64,000 bases of DNA from Macrostomum lignano (Eukaryota), in assembly GCA_002269645.1 (NCBI GenBank), contig NIVC01003537.1, forward strand, positions 1 to 64,000, written 5' to 3'. Below the pieces are notes generated by a model. That model searched no databases. It saw only the letters and a list, made by a program, of their open reading frames with translations, and was not told where the DNA came from. Shown here one piece after another: positions 13,933 through 26,951 of the stretch. The first letter of the stretch is position 1; every line of letters starts with the position of its first letter. The position numbers were made by a program, and so were the translations under genes.

Positions 13933-14571
13933 TAGCGGTGTCTATTTTTAGCACTCAGAATTCCCAGACTTCTCATTCCCGTCCGCGGGTGCACTCGACC
14001 CCAGCCTACACGGACCAATAGCAGCGTTCCTTGGCATATCTAGCGTACTATCACTGTGCGCACTGTGTGGACTCTCTAGGCTAGCCTGTGTGGGTCCACA
14101 CGTGGACTCACTGGCTAGCCAGGTATTTTTTGTGTAGTGGATTGTCTGGCTAGCCCACGGCCGTTAGGTGCCTCCTGCGTCCGAGCCTCTCCCCATGCAT
14201 CATTCTATTTTTTGACTGAGGGTTTCGCGGACCCCGTGTCCCGAGCCGAACCCTCCCTCACGTGCAGCCTTGTACGCACAAGCCACAAAATTTGGCATGC
14301 CATTGTCACTGGTGGGTTGAGGTGACTGTCGGCGCTTCATACAAGCTACTTTCTCCCCCCCATGTTTAATCAATATCTGTTGTGCATCATTATCCGCACT
14401 TTTCGGCTGCAGTTCCATGGTCAAGCCACGGAAACGCTCCACCCTCCGCGTTCTATATTAACGAATGCAGGCCCGTCTGTCTGAATTTTTTCCTCAGAAC
14501 CGCCTCGTGAGGACTTGTGGAGAGCTTTCTCCAAGTCTAGCACCTCAACGCTGGTTAACAGCGAAGCAAAG

Positions 14572-14700
14572 CTCCTGAGCAGGTCTTGGTAGAGCAAAGC
14601 ATCGCTAAGAAGCAGCCGCAAGCTCCTGAGCAGGTCTTGGTAGAGCATTGCAGCGCTCAAGCAGAAGGCACGCTCCTGAGCAGGTCTTGGTAGAGCATTG
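14572..14700. repeat. Three copies of GCTCCTGAGCAGGTCTTGGTAGAGCA
   Basis: Direct repeats with short variable spacers, about 50-bp period. Confidence 0.8.
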
Positions 14701-16144
14701 CTAGTGCTATAGCTCTGATTTTCCAGCCTACCTTATTTGGCAGGAAATCAGTTGGCTGAAGCCATTCTGCTGTAGTCTAATTTGCGACACAGGCGCGAAT
14801 AAGAGTGAGAGTGAGTGTGCAGTCGCAGCACTCGTGCGCGATTTTAAGAAATAGCTAAGAGCTTAGTTTACGTGAGTCTATTGCTGCTTCAGGCGCATAG
14901 ACCTATTCCTTGCCGCCCATCTGCGCGAGGCATAACTATTAGGTTAGTAGGAGTTAGGGGTCCTCTGAGAGCTAAACTCAGACACGCTCAAGCGCGGACA
15001 TTGTCAGTGCCAGGACTGTGCCGCTTAGGCCATTTGCTACCATTGAGTCCTGTCACTTGGACATTGAAATATCTGAGACTAGTTGTTTTAGCATTATTTA
15101 TTTGCGTGGAACCCAAACAGACCCCCTCATTGCGGATCCTACAGTTCCCACGCTGGTGGCAGCACTACCCTTAATTTTAGATTTCTCCCCAGTCTCAGCA
15201 CCCATAAGTATACTCAGCAAGGTTGCTTTGGGTAATAGCAGTCCACCCCGCCACAGAAACCAGAAAGCCAAGCACTACACTGGTGATAGCAGTGGGATAT
15301 CAAAACCTGCCAAACCACCCCAACAACTGAAATATAACACTGGTGATAGCGGTAGGATTCCAAGATCCTCAGACCTAGATCCGAGCAACCAAAAGCTCAA
15401 GTATATCAAGATCAAAATGATAAATGATATTGCAAATTATTATTAGCTGAAAGTTACGATGGCGTGGGTGCTTGGCAAAATTATCTATTTGTTAGAAATT
15501 TATCAAAAGCCTAAATTTCAAAACACCTACAATCAAAAATGCAGCATCTTTACATTGCCTAAATTTCATAACACCTAAAACTGAATGTTAAAGAAAGTGC
15601 AGAGAATCAATGAAAAATTTGATCTGGAAGTGGGGTCAATTGCTTTCAATGCTTGAATTTTGAATTTGAATGGCCTTATGGGGGGGCTTAATGAGCTAGT
15701 TTATTCTATTTGGCCAACATCTGTACTTTTGACCCAATTGATGCCAAGGACTACCAAGAGATAAATAATTATCAGTGCCAATGCTGTTTATAAGAATTGA
15801 ATATTACGTAACCACTACTAAGAAATGCTACATCAAAAAAGATAGATTAGGCTTAGCACTATAGCAGCATTGAAAAATCAAAAAGTCATATAACGTTCGA
15901 TATGATTATTCAAGTCAACATTATTTATACAATCTGGTATTTTGGTGCATTTTGCATGTAATTAATTTTTACTTAAAAATAGTCAACTAACAACTATATT
16001 TTTAGTCAAATATACAAATTTGTATTATCTTCTTCAACCAAAGATTTAAGTTACAAATCCCTATTTTTTCAAGAATCTTAATATCGGAGAAATTTTCCCT
16101 GATTTTCAGACTACACTAATATACTACACAACACTATTATACCA

Positions 16145-16693
16145 TAATTAAGCATTGATTACTGCAGAGAGCAAAGGGAATTGCTTATTCACTGTAGTCA
16201 CTACAAGTTTCTGTCATTTATTCCGTTGGATACTTTAAGCATTGATCCGTGCTGAGAGAGCAGGAAGTTCATCCTGTCAGTAATTCCATCAATAATTCCG
16301 TCACTTATTCTGTTGGATAATTTAAGCATTGCTTGGTGCAGAAAGCAGGAGGTTCTACCCGTCAGTAATTCTGTCACTTATTCCATCGGATAATTTGTGC
16401 AAATTGATCTGTGCCAACAGCAGTACCTGCAGTACATGTACATATATATTTATTCTATCAGTAATTCTGTCAGTAACTCTGTCACTTATTCCGTTAGATA
16501 ATTTAAGCATTGCTCAGTGCAGAGAGCAGGAGGTTCATTTCGTCAGTAATTCCGTCAGTAATTCTGTTACTTATTCTGTTGGTTAATTTAAGCATTGCTT
16601 GGTGCAGAGAGCAGGAGGTTCATCCCATCAATAATTCCCTCAATAATTCTGTCACTTATTCTATCGGATAATTTAAGAATTGCTTGGCGCAGG
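16145..16693. repeat. ~100-bp satellite (AATTTAAGCATTGCTTGGTGCAGAGAGCAGGAGG...TCACTTATTC), left part
   Basis: About six diverged units. The array continues at 21037 after the hAT insertion. Confidence 0.85.
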
Positions 16694-17388
16694 CAAGCGC
16701 CGCGGAACAGGGGGGGGGCAGAGGGGGCAGCTGCCCCCCTGACATTGAGTTGAGGGGGCAATGCCCCCCCTCAAATACCGTTCAACAGCATAATTTTTCT
16801 TACATTTAAAATTGTTTAAATTTACTGAACTTGTCTACATCACGCAGCAGCACGCAAGACAGGGTAGGGCAGAGCCGTGCTGGGGCCAGGGGGTCTCGTT
16901 CATACCGTAGAAGCCCAAACTTTGTACCCTAAACTGTACAAGCGCCAGGCGCCCACCTCCCTCCGGCTCTGATTTGCTAGCTGGGGCTGGGCTCTGATAA
17001 GTAAAACGTTTTTGGGGTGGCGTGTGGGGTCTGGGATGCAAGCAGTAGTACACTCGTACCGGTCACACGACGGGGGGTCGGTGTTTTTATTTCCTGATTT
17101 CTGAACCTACACGGTATGTACATTTAAAGAAAGGCCTCTTTGTTGTTAAAGATTTATCTAGAGCTGTAGAGCTAATATAATTAATGCCTCAATATCCAGT
17201 TCCCACTCCCACATCAAATTCTATTTTTAATTCTTCAGCGTTACATTACAGCAACTAGCTATAGCAAACAGAGTTTGATCGCTATAAAACTTCTGGCCAA
17301 GTAGCTCGTAGATATTACTTTTTCATTAATTTTTAATATATTATCTACAATAATATATGTGGATGACTAATTGATAAATAATACTACT

Positions 17389-20155
17389 ATGAGCAATCCA
17401 CCGCCAACCAAGCGATTCAAGCAGACAAGACTATGTTTTTTGCCAAGTACTACTAGCTCTGCATCAGCCACTGACACTTCTGTGTCTACATGTGTTTCTG
17501 GGGCTGGGACTGCAGGGACCGATCCAGTCAATGACAATGCTTTGGCGTCAATAGCTGAAAATGCCGAGTCTACAGCAAATCAGCAGGCATTCAGTGAGCT
17601 TCCTGAACCAGTTCGAACAATGCTTCCAGATGCGACACCGTCAATGAGTAACAAATCTTATATCACTGACACTGTCACGCAATCGCAACAGACGGGTGCA
17701 AAAGGCAGCTGTACATCTCTGCCTGAACAGCCTTTTCAACCGAAGCAATTTGTTTTTCCAACCAAAACCATAAGTGGCTCATAAAGAAGCTTTCAACTAT
17801 CCTGGTTTGAAAAGCACCCTTGGATGCACTACGTTACATCGAATGATAGTGTGCAATGCTTTTCTTGCCTAACTGCTCACAAGCGAGGCTTGTTTCTGCC
17901 AGGTACAAAAGTCGAGATGGCTTTTATTGATGGCTTCTCAAACTGGAAAAAGCCAGAAAAGTTTTCGTTGCATGAAAGAAGTGAACAACACCGACAGGCT
18001 GCGAGATTGCTCTTGGGTCAGAGAGATGCGTCGATTTGTGAGCAGCTTCAGACATGCCACCATGCTCAGCAAGAGCAACACTTTGTGGCATTGCAGACAA
18101 TGTTTGACACTGCTGGCTTTCTGCTTTCACAGGGTCTAGCATTCCAGGGCCATGAGTCCAGCAATGGAAATTACATCGAACTTCTACATTTGCGATCAAA
18201 GGAAATACCCGCATTGAAAAGTTGGCTTATTCGTCGTGACAATTGGCTATCGCACGATGTGCAGAATGAGATAATCTCTATTATTGCAAGCGCTGTTACG
18301 AAGGTAGTGACGACCGGTATTCAAAGAGCAAGTTTTTTTTCTGTTCTCGCTGATTCAACCCAGGATATTAGTGGCTCTGAACAACTAAGCATCGTTTTCC
18401 GTGCTGTTGACGATAGCTTCACTGTTCATGACACGTTTGTTGGGTTCTACTGCCTACCCGATGCAAAAGGTTCGACTATGGCCAATGCACTGATGGATGT
18501 CTGTATTCGTCTGCAAATCAACCTAGGAAATTGTCGTAGATTTGGGTTTGATGGAGCCAGCAACATGAGTGGAGCAATTAAAGGTGCACGAGCTATTTTG
18601 CAGGAAAAGCACCCAAGTGCACTCTATTATCATTGCGCCAACCATGCCCTAGATCTGTGCATCCAAGAGGCCTGCAAGGAGGAGCGAGTGATCTATGATG
18701 CTTTAGAGCATGTAAAGTGCATGGCCAACTTCATCCGCGAGTCAGGAAAAAGACTTAGCATTTATTCCGACGTTAAGGCAGCGCTGCAAGTTGAATATGA
18801 GGACTCAGCTGAGTCAAATGAAAGCAGCAGCTTCTCGAAAATTCTTTCGTTTTGCCCTACTCGGTGGACAGTGCGAGTGCGTGCACTCAAGTGCTGGTTG
18901 CAAAACTGGCAAGTGCTCAAGCACTCCATTGAGTCAATAATTGAAGATAAGTCATTCACGCCGGATGTCCGGGCCAAAGCAAGAGGCCTGTTGAAAGACA
19001 TGCAGAAGCATCGAGTCTTCTTTGGCGTTCACGCCTCCATTGATCTCTTCAAAGGAGCGGAAAATTTTGCGACAATGCTGCAAGGTTCCAACTCCGCAGC
19101 AATGAACATAACAACTGGTCTCGACACTTTGACTGCTCTAGTGGCTGCTATGCGAGAAGATGAGACCTATCATGCTTTCTGGAATGAATTCCAGCAAGAT
19201 GCCGAACAAAAGGGAATCACGCCGAGCACTAGTAGGCCCAGAAGTTTGTCCTCTAGGATGGATAGCAATCGAAAAACGCAGTACAACTTTTCGCCAGAGG
19301 AGGCACTTCGAGTGGAATTCTTTGCCGCTGTTGACAGGCTATTGCAATGCATCAATGATCGGTAAGTTACAGTAGCTTGAATTAACATGATGAGTATATA
19401 ATTAGTTGCATGGCAGTAGTTATATATAGTTAATCTTAGTCAGTTAAGGAGAAGTTTTTTAATGGATAGACTACGAATCAAATGTATGCCTATAGATGTA
19501 CCAGATATGCTTTGAGTAATGCTGCTCAAATTTTGCTGTTGCTGATGAGATCTGTAAAATCTGAAATTTACTTTTGTAAAATTGTAACTATTCAACCAAA
19601 TATTTGATTTTAGGTTCAACCAGCCTGGAATCAGGATTGCAAGGCAGATGGAAACCCTCCTTCTGCAAGCTGCAAAGGGCAATTATCCTGATCCTAATGA
19701 GGGAATTCTGGCCAATGCTAACAATTTGCAAGTCTACTCGGAAGACTTTTGTCTCGATGACCTCAATTCTGAGCTTCGTTCATTGCTTCTAATCGTTGTA
19801 CGACAGACAGGACAACAGCAGGTCGAGAGCTTCAGCGATGTCGTTGCTATTTTTCGAACGGCCAGCCCGTCGGCTTTGGAATTTGTTCCTCAATCGGTGA
19901 AGCTTCTCAAGCTAATCTTGTCTCTGCCTTATTCAGTAGCAGCAGTTGAGGACATTTAGTGCTCTTCATAGAATTAAGACTTGGATGCGATCAACAATGA
20001 CACAGCGTCGACTCTCTGATGTATCAGTAAGTCACATGCATAGAGATGTTGTAAAGGGCTTGGATTTTCTGGCTCTTTCCCGGACCTTCGCTGATTGTAC
20101 ATCTGAGCGCCGCGCCGTCTTTGGAGTGCAAGCCGAAGCACGAAAGCAATTATAA
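17389..20155 (+). pseudogene. hAT transposase (TTF-type zinc finger, DUF4371-like region, DDE core, hAT dimerisation domain), disrupted
   Basis: Motifs WFEKHPWMHY..C..C, FSVLADSTQDISG, FGFDGASNM, YHCANHALDL, CPTRW and FSALHRIKTWMRSTMTQRRL. In-frame TAA at 17782-17784. GT-AG intron 19362-19613 restores NDRFNQ. 1-bp frameshift near 19950 at the catalytic-Glu motif. Confidence 0.92.
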
Positions 20156-20258
20156 ACACACAAGTTGTTGCTATAGTTACATCTGATTGAATGCACTGCT
20201 TGCGTCATAAAAGTAATATCTTAACTTTTCATTTATACTAATTCTGCTTTTTCTAAAT

Positions 20259-20565
20259 CAGCTAGGGGTTGGTGAACTTATCTTATTAAGGGCCAGTCAG
20301 ATAATCTAGCGCATGACTGCTGGCCAGAGGAGGAGAGATAGGAGAGGGTCAGAGGGAATAGACAAGAGAAATAGGGGAATGAAAGGCAAAGGATCATAAA
20401 GGAGAGGAGACAATAGGAGAGGAGAAAGAAGAGGAGATAAGAGGAGAGGACAGGAAAGGAGAGGAGATGAGCGGGCTGGATTGCTATTTTGAAGTTTCAA
20501 AGGACCCCAAGGCTGGATAGAGAGGCTTTGCGGGTTGTATGTGGGCCGGAGTTTGCTGACCCCTG
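20259..20565. mobile_element. Charlie-like hAT MITE nested inside the hAT element
   Basis: Right end reverse complement CAGGGGTCAGCAAACT; left end CA(gcta)GGGGTTGGTGAACT. Perfect 8-bp TSD TTCTAAAT (20251-20258 and 20566-20573). Confidence 0.8.
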
Positions 20566-21036
20566 TTCTAAATCTAAGTGTATACATACAAATGCCTTAA
20601 ATTATGTCATCAGCGCTATCCTTAATCTACAAGTGGCACTCTACTGTTCACTCTACTGAGTACCGTTCACTCTATACCGTTCACTCTGCACATTAAATTA
20701 CACTTAGCTAACTTTAATTTTTCACTCTAGGCCTATTGTTCACTCTACTGTTCATTTGTTAACAAATATCCTAAACCCGAGGAGGACAACCTTTTACACA
20801 TTATGAGTCAGTGACAGTAAGTGATTTTAAAATATAAATAAACGATGCAAAATTAATACTCAAGTAGAATTTGCTGTGCCTATATCTAAAAGGCGGAACC
20901 CCCTTTTCTGTAAGCAGAAAACGTTAAGTTTAGGTCTTTTGCTCAAATTTTTGGTCACTGTCCAAGACAGGGTCTGGGCTTGAGTTTCGGGAACTTGATC
21001 TTGCCCCCCTGGCAAAAACTCGTTCCGCGGCGCCTG

Positions 21037-21260
21037 GGTGCAGAGAGCAGGAGGTTTATTCTGTTAGTAATTCTCTCACTTATTCTGTTAGATAATTTAA
21101 GCATTGCTTAGTGCAGAGAGCAAGAGGTTTATCCCGTCAGTAATTCTGTCACTTATTCCATGGGGTAATTTAAGCATTGCTTGGTGCAAAGAGCAAGAGG
21201 TTTATTTTATCAATAATTCCATCAATAATTCTATCACTTATTCTATTGGATAATGTTTTT
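21037..21260. repeat. ~100-bp satellite, right part
   Basis: Same unit as 16145-16693. Confidence 0.85.
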
Positions 21261-21759
21261 ATATATCTCAGAAAGTCTCGTAGATTGCTGCATATTATTC
21301 GACGGAATATCTGACAGAATTATATGGCGGAATATCAGATAGAAAAAGTCACACACATGGTAAAAAATTTAAAATTTTGGTATACACAACTAAGTCACAT
21401 TTTAATTTTTGGCACACTTGGCATATACCTAAAATTTTGGGTGTATAGTATCAAAATTAAAATTCAAATCAATTTTTTTAAATAAATAAGGTTTGCAATT
21501 TGGAATATGCCTATTGACTTATCAAAATTGAAATCAAATTTCAAAGCAAAAATGTTTTGAAATTGGAAATATTAAAATTGAAATCAAGTTTTGATTGATC
21601 TATCATCATCATCAAAAGAAACATAGATAAAAATGCAAACTAAGTTAGAAATTAGCACTTTGTCCTTGTCAATATTTTTATATAAAATTCTAGCTACGCC
21701 TATGCCTAAAATTATGATCTTGTAAAATAAAAGCCAGAACTGTTTATTAGGCCTATGCC

Positions 21760-21922
21760 CAGTGGCGCAACCAGGGGGGAGGGGGGCGGAGACCCCAAAA
21801 AATCAAAGGGGGGACCAAGCAAATTTTTGCCAAAAACAGAACCACCCCTCGGCCCCCCCCCCCTCCTGGGACTTTACCCTCCAGAATCCACCCCCCTCAA
21901 AAAATTTCTGGTTGCACTACTG
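21760..21922. mobile_element. 163-bp hAT-type MITE
   Basis: TIRs CAGTGGCGCAACCAG and CTGGTTGCACTACTG. Perfect 8-bp TSD CCTATGCC on both sides. Confidence 0.9.
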
Positions 21923-23050
21923 CCTATGCCTACAATAAACTAAACTTGAAAAATGAAGAACCTACTTTCATTGTTTAAGCTATAACTACATTTGAAAATA
22001 AAATTAAATTGAAAATACACCTTTAACATGTTGTCAAAAGTGGTAGCAAACAAACACAACTCAAAGTTGATTAACTGTTGATTGATTCTTACCTTGTATG
22101 TTGTAATGCTGATATAAATGAAGCTACCTCACAAGAAGAGTGGGATGGCTAGTATCAGTACGCTCGTATGTAGCTTGTAAGTTTTCTACTTATCTTCGGT
22201 TATGTGTTTTGTGGTAGTGGGGGTGGTACCAGGTGCCACGACGACGAGGTCGAGAAACTTGAAAATCACTGGTGGCGGTGGGTAGGCCTGCGTTTGAGTT
22301 CGCGCCTTTTACAACCGGAAAAAACTTGCGCAGTGAAACTCGTTAATTCCGAAAGGGCTTCAATTCGGGTGAAGGGTAACCAAGGTCGTGACAGAGAATC
22401 CTCTTTGGTTGCTTCGCTTCCCCAGGAAGCGACACTCACTCTGCCCCACCCCCTCCGCTGTACAAAGTTAGTCTCGTTTTTCGAGCTGTGTGGGACGAAG
22501 GGTCCAGTTGAATGACTGCAGAGTGCACGCTGGCTATCTTACTTTTTAACTTGTGCACAGTCATCGCTTTGTTTGCCCATTCATGCCTAGATGATAGCAA
22601 ACCCAGAGGAAAGGAGAGGCCCTGCTAATAAAATTCTCTAAATCACTGGTCACTGAATCTTTCTAATCTAGAAAAGACAAATGTGAAACATGCAGCCAAT
22701 ATTTTAGTGAGTCCAGAGTAGAAGCAGCAAAATTCTACAGCAGCAACGGGTCGCATCAACTTTCTGGAGCTGATAATTAGCAATCTGGAAAAATCTGGAT
22801 AATCTGGAACATAAAGACCTGGCCACACGCGCAAGGCAAAAGAGAAGCGACTTTCCTGAGGCTGCTCCGCTGCATGGTTCCCAAATGACAGCAGGATAAA
22901 AGATTTCCCGTGTTGCGAGCTTCTTTCACAGGTGGGAGGAATCCAAACTTGCTGGTTTGACAGCACCAAAATTCATGGTTGTAAGATCTTGTTGCCATGC
23001 TCTAGCAGACCTGACAAAGCACTAGCTGGAAACAACAAATGTACATGTAC

Positions 23051-23150
23051 CTCCCATCTTAGAAGATCCTGCAAGAACTGAGCAGATTGAGAAGATGTGC
23101 TAAGAATGGCAAAGCAGACAAGATCTGCTAAGTTTTAGAAACAGAATGTC
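23051..23150 (+). repeat. Left arm of an inverted repeat pair (partner at 33430-33538)
   Basis: ctcccatcttagaagatcctgcaagaactgagcagattgagaagatgtgctaagaat...gaaacagaatgt matches the reverse complement of 33430-33538. Confidence 0.8.
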
Positions 23151-24156
23151 CTCTAGGGCGGGGAAGAGGAAATTTATGACGAAATTGACATCATTTGGGG
23201 GCCTTATGTGGCCCATTTGTCCCGGAAATGGCTGGCACGCTAAACTGGTTGCTGTTGAGATGCATGTGCTTTGGTCGCTTTTCAACGGCCGCGTCCTTAA
23301 GGCCCAGTGACGGCCGGAATCCACCCCTCCTGGAGATGGCCAGCCTCCCAGGGGGAGTCCCAGTACGCAATGGCCAGGAAGTAGCGCCAAGACTGTTCGA
23401 GGTCGAGGCCGTCCTCGTCCCTGTTGTAGGGCTGCTCGCCCACTGTCCGCCGATTTTTACCAATTGTACGCGGCCTCTCTGCGCTTCCTCGGGCGCTTGG
23501 TGCAATCATATCCTGGCCGGTGACAGGCCCGACGCGGTGGCCCTTAGTACACCCGCTTCAGGAGCCTCGGGTTCAAGCCAGGTTGCCGCCGTTGGTTCCT
23601 TGGGTCGTTGGACATTTTAACTCGCAGGGTAAAAAGGACAACAAAATAAATAATGGAAGAATTAATGGCATAGGAAGTAACAACAGTCAGCGAGATTACA
23701 GTACCAAGGATGGAGATTTATAAGAGTCCATGCAGTGGTTACGTTTCGTTTTTTATACTCCTCCGGCTGTCCATCCAATGTCCGACAAATAGGTCCAATC
23801 CCTGACGGTGACGGAATGAAGAGTGTTCCCACAGTGGACGCAGCCCATATCAAATACGAGCTATGAAATCGATAAGAAGTGATTGTTTAATGTACAAAGA
23901 CCTATTTTTATATGCACATTCAGGAGGTTGAAACATGCTGTATAATTTTATTCACATGGACTGTTGGGGAATGGGGATGAACGTTATAGTGCCCCTCAGC
24001 CCTTTTCTAGCCTTGCAAAAAGGACACACAAAGGACACTGCACAAGTGTACGGTCAGAAAGCCTATGCTCTTGAGAAAACCCCACTGCTTGAAAGTATAA
24101 GACCGCTTGTTCAGGGTTGTGATTCAAGAAAGATTCTTTCTCTGAGAATTGTAAGC

Positions 24157-26951
24157 ATGGGCTACAAATATGCTGCAATCAACTGCCATTCTGGCTATAT
24201 ACATCGAAAAAACTTCACATAGAATCCTGAACCGGACAGCAAAATTTCATTTTTCGAATTTCCTTTACACGATCCACTGCTTCTCTTAGAATGGCTGCGG
24301 TGTATTCGCAGAGAAAATTACAGCGCTACAAAACAATCGAGACTGCGTGCTCCTCGCACTTTAAGGACGATGACTTCATCGTCACGTCCCAGGACATCAA
24401 TCCTCGTCGCAAGCGCAAGAGAGATGGTGAAGTTCTAGTTAAACGTCTACTATCAGATAAAAAGTAACTCTGTTCCGACTGTATTTTCTCAACTTCCTGA
24501 ACGACTGCAGCCGTAAGCTACCCAATGTCGAACGGAGAGAACAACGGCAGAGAGGAGGCACCAACCATAACGAGCAAGACCGAATGAAAAGTGCAGCTGC
24601 GGAGTTCCTCAGCCAGGATGAAATTGCCTCGCTTGCCGACATCAAAGTGCAGCTTGAGTGCAACCTGATGCCCGCCGACTTTGTTGTTGTGGCAAAAACA
24701 GCCAGCATTACATTTCTTCTTGTTTGTGTAGACAGTGGTGATGTCCCTGAGATACTCTGCTCTCTGCAAATTCGCGACGACGACTTGACCGTTTCTGCAG
24801 GCGTCAAAGGACTGCCTGTGCAGCAGAAGAGATTGGTTCAATTTTTGGACAACGGTCAAGTTCGGCCATTTTCGCAAATTCAAAATCTGCCTGCCCAAAT
24901 TAAAGCTTGGACGACTTCGGATACAACCGATCGAGTTGAAGACAATAATTTAATTGAGGACGCAATTGATTGGCTTAACAAATGGACAGAAGTGTGCGAG
25001 GACACCTCCGAGCCGCTTCATCAACGGATTCAATTTCTTATCGAACAACTGGCAAAGCTGTCTTACGTCAAGAAGCCTTCATTGCGGTACTCTCCTTCCT
25101 GATTTGATCGTCTTCGCTATGATTCTCAAGTCCACAAGCACGGCATGCTATCAGTTGTTGTTGGACCAAGAGGTGCTGATTCTACCATCGGTGCAGCGAC
25201 TAACAGCAATTGCCAATCCGCTTTCAGTTACTGCCGGTGTTTCCGATGAACAAATGATGATGCTCAGCGCAGCGTACCTTCATCTTAGAACTCAAGATCT
25301 CTCGATCATGGAATCCAACGTAAATTAAATTATTGGTGAAAGTCATCTGAACAGAAGAATTGAATATTCTGCCGGAAATATCGTCGGCATGCAGGAGAGT
25401 ACCACAGCGTCAACTGTGCTCTGCATCATGGTGAAGCCGATTGCTGGCAAGTTCCGTGACGTTGTTGCGCTCTTTTCTCTGAGCAAGCTGACAGCAGATA
25501 TTCTGTATGCGCATTACCAGAGCGTCATGCATGGAAATGCTCAGCGCACCAATCTCAACGTTGTCACTGTCCTAGTCGACAACCATTCGGCTAATCAAGC
25601 TTTTTACATCCACAAGCTTTGTGGCGGCATTCTCCGAACGTGGATTACTCATCCTTACGACGTGGACAAGAAGATATTTCTGCTATTCGATCCAACTCAC
25701 ACAATTAAAAACAACTATAACAACTTTCAAAAAAGGAAAAGTCTTGAGCCTCCCCTCCTGGAGAGCCAGTTCTTTGTCTCTCCAGGGACCATGGCGACAT
25801 CATTTTAGCTGAATTCGCGAGTATCCGAGAGCTGTTCGGATGGGAAAAGGAAAAGCCACTAAAGCTGGCACCAAAGCTTATTAACTCAAGCGTCATGGAT
25901 CCGAAGACTATCCAGAAGACCTCAACAAAACTTTCACTAGCCGTATTTTCGGGTCTACTGCTAGCGCATTGCTGTACTATACCAGACACCAGGGTCAGCA
26001 GTGAAACGACACTGCAACTTTCGATATGGCGGTCACGCAGCTCTGGCAGGTGTTGAATGTAAAAACGACAATCGGCAAGCACAAGAGGAATTGCAGCAGA
26101 GATCCCACTACGTCGGACACCGATTGGAAGCTAAAATATTTGTCTGGCGTCGCAGACTAAGCCACACTCTCTCTGCTTTGGTTAAGGTGTCTCTGTACTG
26201 CTGTCCAATCTGATGTTTCAGTATGTCCTCCTTGGAGCGCTGCAATCGGATCCACTAGAAGGACTATTTGGGTGGTATCGGCACCGCAAAGGATTTGAAC
26301 TACTATGTGGTCCTGCAAGGACGTTATGGATGCTCAGAAAGCTATCCGATCAGTAGCTCGTATCATTACTGCAGTTCAGCGGTGTCCGGCCACTGGCCAT
26401 TCGAGCCCTGTCCGCCGACGCAAGCGTTGAGAGCCGGGCGATGGAGGCTGAAGAGATTGCCAGTCAGCTGATCCTGGGTGAACCAATTGAAGATGCAGAT
26501 GCTAATGTTGTCTACTACGTTGCAGGCAGGTAGGTTTGTTAGAGCCATCACTGTTCAAAGAAGTTGTACGTCATGTAATGAGCTGCTATTGTCTGTTCCA
26601 ACGGATACAGCAATCGATGGATCGTCCACTTTTCTGCAACAACAAGTAAATCGTGGCGGGTTGACTGAACCTTCAGAGCTTGCTTTTTCCTCCTGCAAGG
26701 CAGCCTTGGGGATCATCTCTCAGTTACAGACCTGCCAGCAGTTTCTGAATTCTTGGCATCAACATGTTGCATTATTTGAAACAATCAGTTCAGTGGTCTT
26801 GGAGCGCCTTCCATTAATTTACGCTTCCAAACACACTGCGAGTTCCAGCACCGAATTCTGCAGCCACTGTTCCGGAAGATGTTCAATGCTGCCGCAAAGA
26901 ACTGGACCGACAGATGCCGCGTCAGGTCGAAAAGCAGCCAAGTTTAATTAA
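24157..26951 (+). pseudogene. P-element/THAP9-like transposase remnant (THAP domain plus P-type DDE core), multiply frameshifted
   Basis: Degenerate THAP: MGYKY..NCHSGY, FFEFP..D..L..EW, SHF, SVPTVF. Transposase motifs LRYSP, LILPSVQRL, VLCIMVK, VLVDNHSAN and the D(2)H motif FLLFDPTHTIKN. Termini not identified. Confidence 0.85.

Larger units (their letters stand above)
16694..21036 (+). mobile_element. hAT-superfamily DNA transposon (ZMYM1-like transposase) inserted into a satellite
   Basis: 15-bp TIRs CAaGCGCCGCGGAAC (16694) and GTTCCGCGGCGCCTG (ends 21036). 8-bp TSD ggcgcagg/ggtgcaga derived from the satellite unit. Internal transposase present. Confidence 0.9.

Noticed and set aside
14421-14660. 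LDLEKA as a reverse-transcriptase motif
   Set aside because: No other RT motifs at the expected spacing; could be chance.
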